A stretch of 64,000 bases of DNA, taken from NCBI GenBank assembly GCA_964515735.1, contig CAZEVP010000007.1:8821-72820 (forward strand). The letters run 5' to 3'. Under the pieces are notes generated by a model. The model ran no database searches and was not told the origin of the DNA. It was given only the letters and a program-made list of their open reading frames with translations. Both the position numbers and the translations under genes were made by a program. Each line of letters begins with the position of its first letter. Position 1 is the first letter of the stretch. Below are positions 47,246 to 56,876 of the stretch, piece by piece. Source of the stretch: an uncultured Verrucomicrobiaceae bacterium (GTDB taxonomy: Bacteria; Pseudomonadota; Gammaproteobacteria; Pseudomonadales; CAMLJR01).

Positions 47246-50200
47246 TCAACGGCCGCGTGCACCGCACTCCGCCTGCACCTGCTGCCACTGGTCGCGCAGC
47301 CGCTTCACCGACACCGGCTCGGCCGTGCCGAGCGTCTGCGCGAACAGCGACACGCGCAGCTCCTCCAGCAGCCAGCGGTAGCGCGCCAGCACCGCACAGC
47401 TTTGCAGCAGCCCCGGTTCGCGCTGCAGCAGCTGCAACAGCTGTGCCTGCAGCGGCGCCAGTTCTCGCGCCAGCTCGCGGTCGCGGGCGAAGTGGCCGCG
47501 CAGCTTGTCGAGCCGCGCGGAGATCGCCTGCAGGTAGCGCGGGTAGTGCTGCAACTGCGGCCACGGCGTCGCCGAGATGAAGCCGGGGCGAAACAGCAGG
47601 TCGAGCTGGGCATCGATCTCCTGCAGCACCGGCAGCCACGCCAGCTCGGAGCCGCCGCGGCGCGCGCCGCGCACGGCCGCGTACTCCTGCGCGATGCGCT
47701 GCATCAGTGCGGCGTAGCGCTGCGCCGTGGCGATGATGCTCGACTGGCCGGCGCGCAGGCGGGCGTCGAACTCCGCCTCGCTGCGCGGCAGCGGCTGGCC
47801 GGCGATGAAGAGCTCGCGGTAGGTGGCGGCGAGGATCTCGTCGATCCACTCGTCGCGCCGCTGCGAGATGCCGGCCAGCTGCAGGTTGACGCTGTTGCCG
47901 CGCAGCAGGTCCTTGCGCAGCTGCTTGACCTTGTCGGCGCTCTGCAGCTGCAGCAGCCGGATCACGCCGCGCTCGCTCTCGCGCTCGGCCACCTCCGGGC
48001 TTTCCCTTAACGTAATGGCAACGCTGTCGCCGCGATCCTCCAGCGCCGGATAAGCGGTGACGGTGACGCCAGCCTGTTTGAACTGATGTTTCTGTGGCAG
48101 TGCGCCGAAATCCCAGCGCGCGACGGCCTCGCGCCGGAACTCGGCGCGCGTCTCCTGCTGCAGGCTCTGTGTCATCGGCGCGTGCAGCCGCTCCTTCAGG
48201 GCCGCCAGATCGCGATCCTGATCGAGCAGCTTGCCGTTGACGTCAAGTACACGAAAGTTGGCACGATAGAACGATTCGAGCTCGACCTCGCGCCAGGCCT
48301 CGGCCGGAATCTGCAGCCGCAGCTGCTTCTGCAGAACCTCGGCCAGCGCCTCATCGAGCGACCGCTCGGCCGGCACCAGCTGCGGCAGCAGCCGGTCGAC
48401 CGTCTCCGGCACCGGCACCAGCGGCTTGCGCCACTGCTTCGGCAGCCCCTTCAGCATGGCGATGCACTTGTCGCGCAGAAGGCCCGGCACCAGCCAGTCG
48501 AAGCGGTGTGCCGGCACCCGGTTCAGCAGCGCGATCGGCACCACGACGTTGACGCCATCGCCGGCGCTGCCCGGCTCGAACTGGTAGCGCAGCGCGAACA
48601 CGACGTCGCCGCAGGCGATGCTGTCCGGGAACTGCGCTTCGGTGACGTCGGCGGCGGCGCGGCGCATCAGCCGCTCGCGGTCGATGAACAGCAGCTGCGG
48701 CCGGTCGCGCTCGGCGTCGCGGCGCCAGCGTTCGAAGGCATGGGCGGTGGTGATCTCGGCCGGGATGCGCTCGTCGTAGAAGCGGAACAGCTCCTCCTCG
48801 TCGGCGAGGATGTCGCGCCGGCGCACCTTCTCTTCCAGTTCTTCGATACCGGCGACGACGGCGTGGTTGTGGGCGAGGAACGGCGCATTGCTCCGGTAGT
48901 CGCCGGCCACCAGCGCGGAGCGGATGAAGATCTCGCGCGATGCCACCGGGTCGACCGGACCGTAGTGGACGCGCTCGCGGTCGCTGATGACGAGGCCGTA
49001 CAGCGCCACCGTCTCCAGCGCGGTGACACGGCCGCTCTTGGCATGCCAGGCTGGTTCGCTGTGGCGCCGCTTCAGCAGCCGGTCGTTGATGCCGAGCACC
49101 CAGCCCGGCTCGATCTTCGCGACATTGCGCGCGAACACCTGCGAGGTCTCGACGATCTCGCCGGCGACGATCCACTTCGGCGGCTTCTTCGCCAGCGCCG
49201 AGCCGGGAAAGATGCGCAGCTTGCGATTGCGCGTACCGAGGTATTCGCGGTTCTCGTCGAGCGTGGCGACATGGCTCAGCAGCCCGGCCAGCAGTGCGCG
49301 ATGCACGGATTCGAAGCCGGCCGGCTCGTGGTTCTCACGCCAGCCGAGCCCCTGCGTCGCCAGCCGCAGCTGGTGGTGCACGTCGCGCCACTCGCGCAGC
49401 CGCATGAAATTCAGAAACTCGCGCTCGCACTGTTTGCGCCACTGGTTCTGGCTCAGTGCCTGACGCTGTTCCTCGACGTAGTTCCATAGCGACACGTAAG
49501 CGAGGAAATCGGAGTCGGGATTGGTAAAGCGCCTGTGCTGTTCGTCAGCGGCCTGCTGTTTGTCGGCCGGGCGCTCGCGCGGCTCCTGCACGCTGAGCGC
49601 ACTGGCGACGATCAGCACCTCGCGCAGAGCGCCGCGCCTGCTCGCCTCCAGCAACATGCGGCCGATGCGCGGGTCGACCGGCAGTTTCGCCAGCAGGCGA
49701 CCGTCGGCGGTCAGTTGCCGTTTGTCGTCGACGGCGCCGAGTTCGTCGAGCAGCGTGAAGCCGTCGCCGATCTGACGCGAATCGGGGCGGTCGAGGAACG
49801 GGAAATCGTCGATGTCGCCGAGCCGCAGCGACAACAGTTGCAGGATCACCGAGGCGAGGTTGGTGCGCAGGATCTCGGCATCGGTGAACGGCGCCCGCCC
49901 CTGGAAATCGGTCTCGCCGTAGAGCCGCACGCAGATGCCGGGGCCGACGCGGCCACAGCGCCCCTTGCGCTGGTCGGCGCTGGCCTGCGACACCGGCTCG
50001 ACCGGCAGCCGCTGCAGTTTCGAGCGGAAACTGTAGCGGCTGATGCGCGCCAGCCCGGAGTCGATGACGTAGCGGATGCCCGGCACCGTCAGCGACGTTT
50101 CGGCGACGTTGGTGGCCAGCACGATGCGCGTGCCACGGCGCTTGCCGAGATCGAACACGCGCTGTTGCTCGCTCAGCGACAGCCGCGCATACAGAGGAAT

Positions 50201-51205
50201 GACGTCGAGATGCTGCAGTTCGCTGCGGCGCAGCTGCAATGCCGTCTCGCGAATCTCGCGCTCGCCCGGCAGGAACACCAGCACATCGCCCTTGAGGCCG
50301 CGCTCGGCCGCCACCAGCTCGGCCAGCGCCGCCTCGATGGCCGCCGGCAGGTCGTTGTCGGCGACCAGCTCGTCGATCGGCCGGTAGCGCACCTCGACCG
50401 GCCAGGTGCGGCCCGACACCTCGATCACCGGCGCATCGCCGAAATGGCGCGAGAAGCTGGCGACGTCGATGGTGGCCGAGGTGATGATCAGTTTCAGGTC
50501 GGGGCGGCGCGGCAGCAGCTGCTTCAGGTAGCCGAGCAGGAAATCGATGTTGAGGCTGCGCTCGTGCGCCTCGTCGATGATCAGCGTGTCGTAGCGGCTG
50601 AGGAAACGGTCCTGCTGGATCTCGGCCAGCAGGATGCCGTCGGTCATCAGCTTGATGTAGCTCGCCTCCGAGGTCTGATCCGAGAAGCGAACCTGACAGC
50701 CGACCGCCTGCCCGAGCGGCGATTTCAGCTCGTCGGCGATGCGCTGGGCGACGCTGCGGGCGGCGAGGCGGCGCGGCTGCGTGTGACCGATCAGCCCGCG
50801 CGCGCCGCGCCCCAGTTCGAGACAGATCTTCGGAATCTGCGTGGTCTTGCCGGAGCCGGTCTCGCCGGCGATGACGACCACCTGATGGTCGCGAATGGCG
50901 GCGGCGATGTCGTCGCGCCGCGCCGATACCGGCAGCTCCTCGGGATAGTCGATCGCCGGTCGCACCTGCAGCCGCTGCGCGACGGCGTCGACCGACTGCC
51001 GCAGCTGCTCGTGCAGTTGTGCGACGGCCTCGTCGATCACCTCGCCGCGCCGCGCCGCCTCGACCAGCTGCTGCCAGCGCCGCCACAGCGGCTGGCGCTG
51101 GCGCAGCAGCCCCTGCCCGAACAGCGGACGCAGCGCCGCCAGCGGCTCCGGTATCGGGCCACTGGCGGCGCTGTGCGGGGAACGGGAACGGCGGGACACG
51201 GACAC
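47246..51205 (-). CDS. hrpA: ATP-dependent RNA helicase HrpA (DEAH box)
   Basis: ORF 47246..51319. AGETGSGKTTQ, DEAHERS, SATID, TNVAETSLT and QRKGRCGR, plus HA2/OB domains and the long HrpA C-terminal extension. The ATG at 51319 would overlap fadD by 41 nt, so I prefer the GTG at 51205 or 51199. Confidence 0.9.
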   Translation of the reverse strand: MSVSRRSRSPHSAASGPIPEPLAALRPLFGQGLLRQRQPLWRRWQQLVEAARRGEVIDEAVAQLHEQLRQSVDAVAQRLQVRPAIDYPEELPVSARRDDIAAAIRDHQVVVIAGETGSGKTTQIPKICLELGRGARGLIGHTQPRRLAARSVAQRIADELKSPLGQAVGCQVRFSDQTSEASYIKLMTDGILLAEIQQDRFLSRYDTLIIDEAHERSLNIDFLLGYLKQLLPRRPDLKLIITSATIDVASFSRHFGDAPVIEVSGRTWPVEVRYRPIDELVADNDLPAAIEAALAELVAAERGLKGDVLVFLPGEREIRETALQLRRSELQHLDVIPLYARLSLSEQQRVFDLGKRRGTRIVLATNVAETSLTVPGIRYVIDSGLARISRYSFRSKLQRLPVEPVSQASADQRKGRCGRVGPGICVRLYGETDFQGRAPFTDAEILRTNLASVILQLLSLRLGDIDDFPFLDRPDSRQIGDGFTLLDELGAVDDKRQLTADGRLLAKLPVDPRIGRMLLEASRRGALREVLIVASALSVQEPRERPADKQQAADEQHRRFTNPDSDFLAYVSLWNYVEEQRQALSQNQWRKQCEREFLNFMRLREWRDVHHQLRLATQGLGWRENHEPAGFESVHRALLAGLLSHVATLDENREYLGTRNRKLRIFPGSALAKKPPKWIVAGEIVETSQVFARNVAKIEPGWVLGINDRLLKRRHSEPAWHAKSGRVTALETVALYGLVISDRERVHYGPVDPVASREIFIRSALVAGDYRSNAPFLAHNHAVVAGIEELEEKVRRRDILADEEELFRFYDERIPAEITTAHAFERWRRDAERDRPQLLFIDRERLMRRAAADVTEAQFPDSIACGDVVFALRYQFEPGSAGDGVNVVVPIALLNRVPAHRFDWLVPGLLRDKCIAMLKGLPKQWRKPLVPVPETVDRLLPQLVPAERSLDEALAEVLQKQLRLQIPAEAWREVELESFYRANFRVLDVNGKLLDQDRDLAALKERLHAPMTQSLQQETRAEFRREAVARWDFGALPQKHQFKQAGVTVTAYPALEDRGDSVAITLRESPEVAERESERGVIRLLQLQSADKVKQLRKDLLRGNSVNLQLAGISQRRDEWIDEILAATYRELFIAGQPLPRSEAEFDARLRAGQSSIIATAQRYAALMQRIAQEYAAVRGARRGGSELAWLPVLQEIDAQLDLLFRPGFISATPWPQLQHYPRYLQAISARLDKLRGHFARDRELARELAPLQAQLLQLLQREPGLLQSCAVLARYRWLLEELRVSLFAQTLGTAEPVSVKRLRDQWQQVQAECGARGR

Positions 51206-51278
51206 GGCTCGACGATTCGAAGGGGCGGCATTATACGGAGCCGCCCGCCCGCGCCGACGATTTCGATGCGACGGGCGG

Positions 51279-52967
51279 CTACTTGTCGCTGCCGGCGGCG
51301 ATGGCGTCGCGCAGCTCACGCCGCAGCACCTTGCCGACCGCCGACTTCGGCAGCTCTTTGCGGAACTCGACGCGGCGCGGCACCTTGTAGCCGGTCAGCC
51401 GCTCGTGGCAGAAGCTGCGGATCGACTCCTCGGTGACGCCGTCGCGGCGCGGCACCACCACCGCCAGCACCGCCTCGCCGGAGTGCTCGTCCGGCACGCC
51501 GATCACCGCCGCCTCGCGCACGTCCGGGTGCTGGCTCAGCACCTCCTCGACCTCGCCCGGGTAAACCTTGAAGCCGGAGACGACGATCATGTCCTTCTTG
51601 CGGTCGACGATCTTCAGGTAGCCGTCGTCGCGGATCACGGCGATGTCGCCGGTACGCAGCCAGCCGTCGGCGTCGATCACCTTGCGCGTCTCGTCGGCGC
51701 GCTGCCAGTAGCCGAGCATCACCTGCGGGCCGCGCACGCACAGCTCGCCGGGTTCGCCGGGCGGCATCTCCCTGCCGTCGTCATCGACCACCCGCACTTC
51801 GGTGCCCGGCACCGGCAGGCCGATGGTGCCGATCTGGTTGTCGTTGCCGGGGTTGATCGACACCACCGGCGAGGTCTCGGTCAGGCCGTAGCCCTCGTAG
51901 ATCGGGTGGCCGGTCAGCTGCTGCCAGCGGTGCGCGGTGCTGGTCGCCAGCGCCATGCCACCGGAGATGGTCACTTTCAGGTGGCTGAAGTCGAGGTGAC
52001 GAAAACCGTCGTGCTGTTCGAGCGCGACGAACAGCGTGTTGAGGCCGGCGAAGCCGGTGAACTTCCAGCGCTTCATCTCGCGCACCAGCGACGGCAGGTC
52101 ACGCGGGTTCGGAATCAGGATGCAGTGGTTGCCGGCGCTCAGCATCACCATGCTGAGGATGAACGAATAGATGTGGTACAGCGGCAGCGGCAGCACGAAG
52201 ATCTCGCGCCCCGGCTGCACGCCGTAGGTGGAGAACATCGCCTCGCTCTGCAGCGTGTTGGCGATCAGGTTACGGTGGCTCAGCATCGCCCCCTTGGCGA
52301 CGCCGGTGGTGCCGCCGGTGTACTGCAGGATGGCCAGATCGTCGACCGCCACCGGATGGCGTTTGACCTCGCCGCGCACCTGCAGCGCGCGCCGCAGCGA
52401 CACCGCGCCGGGTATCCGGAAGCGCGGCACCATGCGCTTGAGGTAGCGGGCGGCGCCGTTGATGAACCAGCGCTGCAGCGGCGGGTGCAGGTCGGCCACC
52501 TCGGTGACGATGACCACTCGCACACGGGTGCGCGGCAGCACGTGTTCGGCGGTGTGGGCGACGTTGGCCAGCACGATCAGCGCCTTGGCGCCGGCGTCGT
52601 TGAGCTGGTGCTCCAGCTCCTTCGGCGTGTACAGCGGGTTGGTGTTGATGACGACGAGGCCGGCGCGCATCGCGCCGAACAGCGCCACCGGGTACTGCGT
52701 CAGGTTCGGCAGCTGGATGGCGATGCGATCGCCCGGCTCCAGCTCGGGGCACTGCTGGAGGTATGCGGCAAAGCGGTCGACCAGCCGGTCCAGCTCGGCG
52801 AAGGTCAGCGTGTGGCCGAGGCTGGTGAAGGCCGGCTGCTGCGGGTAGTTCTGCACGGCGCGCTCGAACAGGTCGAGCACGCTGTGGTACTCGCCGAGCC
52901 GGTCGAGCTGTTGCGGAATGCCGAGACGCGCGCGCGCCGCCGCGATGACTGACTGATCCATGGGCAC
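51279..52967 (-). CDS. fadD: Long-chain-fatty-acid--CoA ligase
   Basis: 562 aa. LQYTGGTTGVAKGAMLSHRN, EGYGLTETSP, GWLRTGD and VYPGEVEE with a terminal K. Confidence 0.9.
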   Translation of the reverse strand: MPMDQSVIAAARARLGIPQQLDRLGEYHSVLDLFERAVQNYPQQPAFTSLGHTLTFAELDRLVDRFAAYLQQCPELEPGDRIAIQLPNLTQYPVALFGAMRAGLVVINTNPLYTPKELEHQLNDAGAKALIVLANVAHTAEHVLPRTRVRVVIVTEVADLHPPLQRWFINGAARYLKRMVPRFRIPGAVSLRRALQVRGEVKRHPVAVDDLAILQYTGGTTGVAKGAMLSHRNLIANTLQSEAMFSTYGVQPGREIFVLPLPLYHIYSFILSMVMLSAGNHCILIPNPRDLPSLVREMKRWKFTGFAGLNTLFVALEQHDGFRHLDFSHLKVTISGGMALATSTAHRWQQLTGHPIYEGYGLTETSPVVSINPGNDNQIGTIGLPVPGTEVRVVDDDGREMPPGEPGELCVRGPQVMLGYWQRADETRKVIDADGWLRTGDIAVIRDDGYLKIVDRKKDMIVVSGFKVYPGEVEEVLSQHPDVREAAVIGVPDEHSGEAVLAVVVPRRDGVTEESIRSFCHERLTGYKVPRRVEFRKELPKSAVGKVLRRELRDAIAAGSDK

Positions 52968-53053
52968 CCTTAGTGTCTTTAGTGAGGCGACAGTGCCTTG
53001 TGAGGCTCTGGCGATGTTCCGCGAGGCTTTCGCGCCGCGCGGTGGTCGCCGGT

Positions 53054-53545
53054 TCAGGCCGTCGCGGCCGTCGGCTGGCGGAACTGTTCGGGGTCGATGA
53101 ACATCAGCGCCAGCTCGAAGTCGCCGGGCGCACTGAGGTCGATCGACAGCACCAGCATGTCGACGACGTCATCGACGCGGGCGACGGCCGGCAGCAGGTA
53201 AACGCAGCGCTGCCGCTGCTCGTCGCTGAAGGTGTTCAGCGGCTTCTTCTCATTCAGGAACTGCGCGTAGCCGTTCAGCAGCTCGCCGACCAGCGAGCGC
53301 AGCAGCGAGAAGTTGAGCTTGCCGCGCAGTTCGCTGCGGTCGAGGCTCAGGATCGCCCGCATCCGGTCGCCCTCCCCGGTGCCGATCTCGGAGAGCAGTA
53401 CCTTCCTGCCCTCCTCCAGCGCGCGGAAGCGGCGCTTGGCGTCGTCGCGTGGCGTGTCGTAGAAGGCCTTGTGCAGCAGGTTGGCGCCGATGGTGAGCAT
53501 CTGCGCCGTGGTCATCTTGCGGGAGCGGAACCGGGTGGCGGCCAT
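53054..53545 (-). CDS. Hypothetical 163-aa protein
   Basis: GC3-biased ORF, alternative start at Met11. No motif recognised. Confidence 0.5.
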   Translation of the reverse strand: MAATRFRSRKMTTAQMLTIGANLLHKAFYDTPRDDAKRRFRALEEGRKVLLSEIGTGEGDRMRAILSLDRSELRGKLNFSLLRSLVGELLNGYAQFLNEKKPLNTFSDEQRQRCVYLLPAVARVDDVVDMLVLSIDLSAPGDFELALMFIDPEQFRQPTAATA

Positions 53546-53850
53546 GGCGATGTCGTAATCCTTATTTTCGAGGCGAATACGTTTCAGCGGGCCAGTCTAA
53601 TGGGCCGGGGCGCCCGGTAAAAGCATTGGCTGTCGCCTGCCACCCGTCTCCCACCGGCACCGGATACGCCCCGCCGTTTTGACCGATCCGGGGTTCTCTG
53701 CCATATTTCCGGCGCTTTGGATCCGGCATTCCAGCTATTACTCTGACGCCCGCGCCACCGCCGGAGAGCGGCCGGCGGCGCAGGCGTCATGGCGGACACC
53801 CGGCCGGTGTCGCCAACCTTCGCCCGACAGCACGAGGCTTCACACATCCC

Positions 53851-54999
53851 ATGGTTCACCCGAGAAAATCCCTTGCCGCCCTCCTGCTGACGGCCATCGC
53901 CGCGGCGACGACGCCCGCCGGCGCCCAGAACATGCAGGCGGAACAACAGAAGCTGAACGACTACCGCACCCAGCTCGGCGCGCTGCAGCGCGAAGAGGGC
54001 GAGCTGCGCCAGCAGATCGCCGTCAAGCAGCGCGAGCTGGAGGCCCTGCGCAACCGGCCGTCGCCGGAGCAGGCCGAACTGGCCGAAGCGCAGCGGCAGG
54101 TCGACGAGGCGCGCGCCGAAAACGCCGCCAGTCCCTCGCCGGAGAACGACGCCAGGCTGAAGAACGCCGAGTTCAAGTACACGCTGGCCGAGCGCAAGTT
54201 CGCCAAGGGCAGCGCCGAGGCCAGCGCGCTCGGCAATCAGATCGAGCAGCTGCAGCGCCAGCTCGCCAGCCGCCAGTCGCAGATCGGCACCATCAACCAG
54301 CAGATCAGCACCCAGACCGCGGCCAACGCCCAGCTCGAACAGCGCCTCGCCCGCGAGCGCTCGCAGCGCGAATCACAGGCCAGGGAGCTGGAGCAGACCA
54401 AACGCGAGGCCGAAGAGGCACAGAAGGAGATCGAGCGGCTGAAGGCGATGCTGGCGCAGAAAGAGGCCGCGGCCGCCACCGCCGCCAAGGCCGCACCTGC
54501 CGCCGCCAAGCCGGCCGCGCCGAAACCGGTGCCGGCCGCGGCTCCCGCTCCCGCTGCCCAACCGGTCGCCGCCGCGGCCCCTGCGCCTGCCGCCCAGCCG
54601 GCCACCCCTGCCACGACCACCGCCGGTGGCGGCGATCCGAGCATCGCCAGGCTGACGACGCAGAGCGAGGTACTGGGAGCCCTGAAGGCGCTGGCCGGCC
54701 GGGTCGACAGCGACTCCGACCGCCGCGACCGCCCGGTCAACGAAATCCTGCACTTCAAGCAGATGCAGGGCGACACCGAGGTGGCCAAGCGCCGCGTCAC
54801 GATGAACGCGCTCGGCAGCGGCCAGTTCCGCGGCGAAACCGACGTGCAGCCGGGCAGCTACCAGCTGGTGGTCGGCCTGAAGTACTGGAAGATGGATTTC
54901 GCCGCCAACGACAGCGGCCGCGTGGTGTTCCTGCTCGACTACAGCAACGACAAGGCGCCGCAGCTGAAGGTCTACAAGAAGGCGCTGGAAGGCGGCTGA
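53851..54999 (+). CDS. Secreted coiled-coil protein with an Ala/Pro-rich linker and a C-terminal globular domain
   Basis: 382 aa. Signal peptide (LLLTAIAAATTPAGA), ~190 aa of Q/E/R-rich coiled coil, an AP-rich linker with a tandem AAAPAPAAQP duplication (nt ~54538-54606), and a ~120-aa C-terminal domain. Confidence 0.6.
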   Translation: MVHPRKSLAALLLTAIAAATTPAGAQNMQAEQQKLNDYRTQLGALQREEGELRQQIAVKQRELEALRNRPSPEQAELAEAQRQVDEARAENAASPSPENDARLKNAEFKYTLAERKFAKGSAEASALGNQIEQLQRQLASRQSQIGTINQQISTQTAANAQLEQRLARERSQRESQARELEQTKREAEEAQKEIERLKAMLAQKEAAAATAAKAAPAAAKPAAPKPVPAAAPAPAAQPVAAAAPAPAAQPATPATTTAGGGDPSIARLTTQSEVLGALKALAGRVDSDSDRRDRPVNEILHFKQMQGDTEVAKRRVTMNALGSGQFRGETDVQPGSYQLVVGLKYWKMDFAANDSGRVVFLLDYSNDKAPQLKVYKKALEGG

Positions 55000-55056
55000 C
55001 TCCGTACCTCCCTCTCCCTGAAGGGAGAGGGAACAGGTACCGCCTCCTCCCGTCAA

Positions 55057-55857
55057 TCACTCCCGCCGCTGGCGCGGATCAGCGACATGGCGCGCCGCCA
55101 GCAATCGTTTCGTGAACGGATGGCGCGGCGCCTCGAACAGCGTCCCGGTCTCGCCGATCTCGACGATGTGCCCCTGCTGCATCACCGCGACGCGGTCGCA
55201 CAGGTAGCGCACCACCGCCAGATCGTGGGCGATGAAGATCATCGACAGCCCCATCTCGCGCCGCAGCTCCGCCAGCAGGTTGATCACCTGCGCCTGCACC
55301 GACACGTCGAGCGCCGATACCGGTTCGTCGCAGATCAGCAGCTGCGGCTCGCCGATCAGCGCGCGCGCGATGCCGATGCGCTGGCGCTGGCCGCCGGAGA
55401 ACTCGTGCGGGTAGCGCGACGCCATCGCCGGCATCAGACCGACCCGCGCCAGCCACTGCGCCACCTTCTCGTCCAGCCCGCGGCGCTTCCCCTGCAGCCG
55501 CAGCGGCTCGCTCAGGCTCTCGCCGATGGTCAGGCGCGGGTTCAGCGTCGTGTACGGGTCCTGGAACACCATCTGCATCGACTTCGCCCAGCGCTGGAAA
55601 TCGCGCTTGCCGTAGCGCTGCGGCAACCGCTCGCCGTCGAAGATCACTTCGCCGCAGCTCTTGTCATGCAGGCCGAGCAGCAGCTTGCCGAGCGTCGACT
55701 TGCCGGAGCCGCTCTCGCCGACGAGGCCGAGCGCCTCGCCGCGCGCCAGTTCGAGATCAATGTGCTCGACCGCCATCACCCGGCGCCCGCCCGGCAGCCG
55801 GAACTGCTTGCCGAGATCGCGCGCCTGCAGCAGCGGCGAGGCATCGCGCGCGCTCAT
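55057..55857 (-). CDS. Peptide/nickel-type ABC transporter ATP-binding protein (DppF/OppF-like)
   Basis: 266 aa. GESGSGKST, FSGGQRQRIGIARAL and LLICDEPVSALD. Confidence 0.9.
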   Translation of the reverse strand: MSARDASPLLQARDLGKQFRLPGGRRVMAVEHIDLELARGEALGLVGESGSGKSTLGKLLLGLHDKSCGEVIFDGERLPQRYGKRDFQRWAKSMQMVFQDPYTTLNPRLTIGESLSEPLRLQGKRRGLDEKVAQWLARVGLMPAMASRYPHEFSGGQRQRIGIARALIGEPQLLICDEPVSALDVSVQAQVINLLAELRREMGLSMIFIAHDLAVVRYLCDRVAVMQQGHIVEIGETGTLFEAPRHPFTKRLLAARHVADPRQRRE

Positions 55858-56876
55858 GCCGGCACCTCATCGTCGTCGATCGCGGCGGCGACCTGCGGGT
55901 GATGCAGCCAGCAGCGCGCATCGTGCCGCGAGCCGGTCTCGAACATCGGCACGGCGCCCACCTCGCACAGCCGCAGCGCCCGCTCGCAGCGCGCATAGAA
56001 ACCGCAGCCCGGTGGCGGCGCGATCAGATCGGGCGGCGTGCCGTGAATCACCGCCAGCGGCTCCGAGCCCCCGGCGCCTCGCGAAACGTGCTGCGCCGGC
56101 AGCGAGCGTTTCAGGCCGGCGGTGTAGGGATGCGCGGTGGCGTGGAAGATGGCGTCGACCGGCCCCTGCTCCACCACCTGACCGGCATACATGACGGCGA
56201 CGCGGTCGGCCACCTGCGCCACCACGCCGAGATCGTGCGTGATCAGCAGCAGCGCCATTCCGCGCTCGCGCTGCAGGTCACGCAGCAGCGCCAGCACCTC
56301 GACCTGCACGGTGACGTCGAGCGCCGTGGTCGGCTCGTCGGCGATCAGCAGCGTCGGCTCGCACGCCACCGCCATCGCGATCATCGCCCGCTGCAACATG
56401 CCGCCGGAGAACTCGAACGGAAACTGTCGCGCGCGGCTCGCCGCCGACGGAATCTGCATACGGTCGAGCAGCGCCACCGCGCGCAACTCGGCCTCGCGCC
56501 AGCTCAGGCCGCGATGCGCCACCAACGTCTCGGCGATCTGCGCGCCGACGCGCATGGTCGGGTTGAACGACGACATCGGGTTCTGGAACACCATGCCGAC
56601 ACGCGAGCCGCGCAGCCGGTTCCAGTCGGCCTCGCCGAGATCGTTCAGGCGGCGCTCGCGCAACCGCATCTCGCCGCCGCTGATGCGGGCGCCGTGCGGC
56701 AGCAGGCCGATCACGGCCAGCGCCGTCATCGACTTGCCGCAGCCCGATTCGCCGACCAGCGCCAGCGTCTCGCCGGCCTCGACGCGCAGCGACACGCCGC
56801 GCACCGGCCGCACCACACCGTCGCGGGTCGGAATCTCGACCTGCAGGTCGTCGAGGGCCAGCACTGCGTCGCTCAT
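55854..56876 (-). CDS. Peptide/nickel-type ABC transporter ATP-binding protein (DppD/OppD-like)
   Basis: The 3' half of ORF 55854..57899, start MSDAVLAL (ATG 56876). GESGCGKS, FSGGMLQRAMIAMA, LIADEPTTALD and a C-terminal oligopeptide-type extension with Cys residues. Confidence 0.9.
   Translation of the reverse strand: MSDAVLALDDLQVEIPTRDGVVRPVRGVSLRVEAGETLALVGESGCGKSMTALAVIGLLPHGARISGGEMRLRERRLNDLGEADWNRLRGSRVGMVFQNPMSSFNPTMRVGAQIAETLVAHRGLSWREAELRAVALLDRMQIPSAASRARQFPFEFSGGMLQRAMIAMAVACEPTLLIADEPTTALDVTVQVEVLALLRDLQRERGMALLLITHDLGVVAQVADRVAVMYAGQVVEQGPVDAIFHATAHPYTAGLKRSLPAQHVSRGAGGSEPLAVIHGTPPDLIAPPPGCGFYARCERALRLCEVGAVPMFETGSRHDARCWLHHPQVAAAIDDDEVPA

Noticed and set aside
51206-51319. 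ATG at 51319 as the hrpA start
   Set aside because: It would overlap the fadD 3' end by 41 nt and add ~40 Arg/Ser/Pro-rich residues absent from HrpA homologues. A GTG at 51205 or 51199 is preferred, though not proven.
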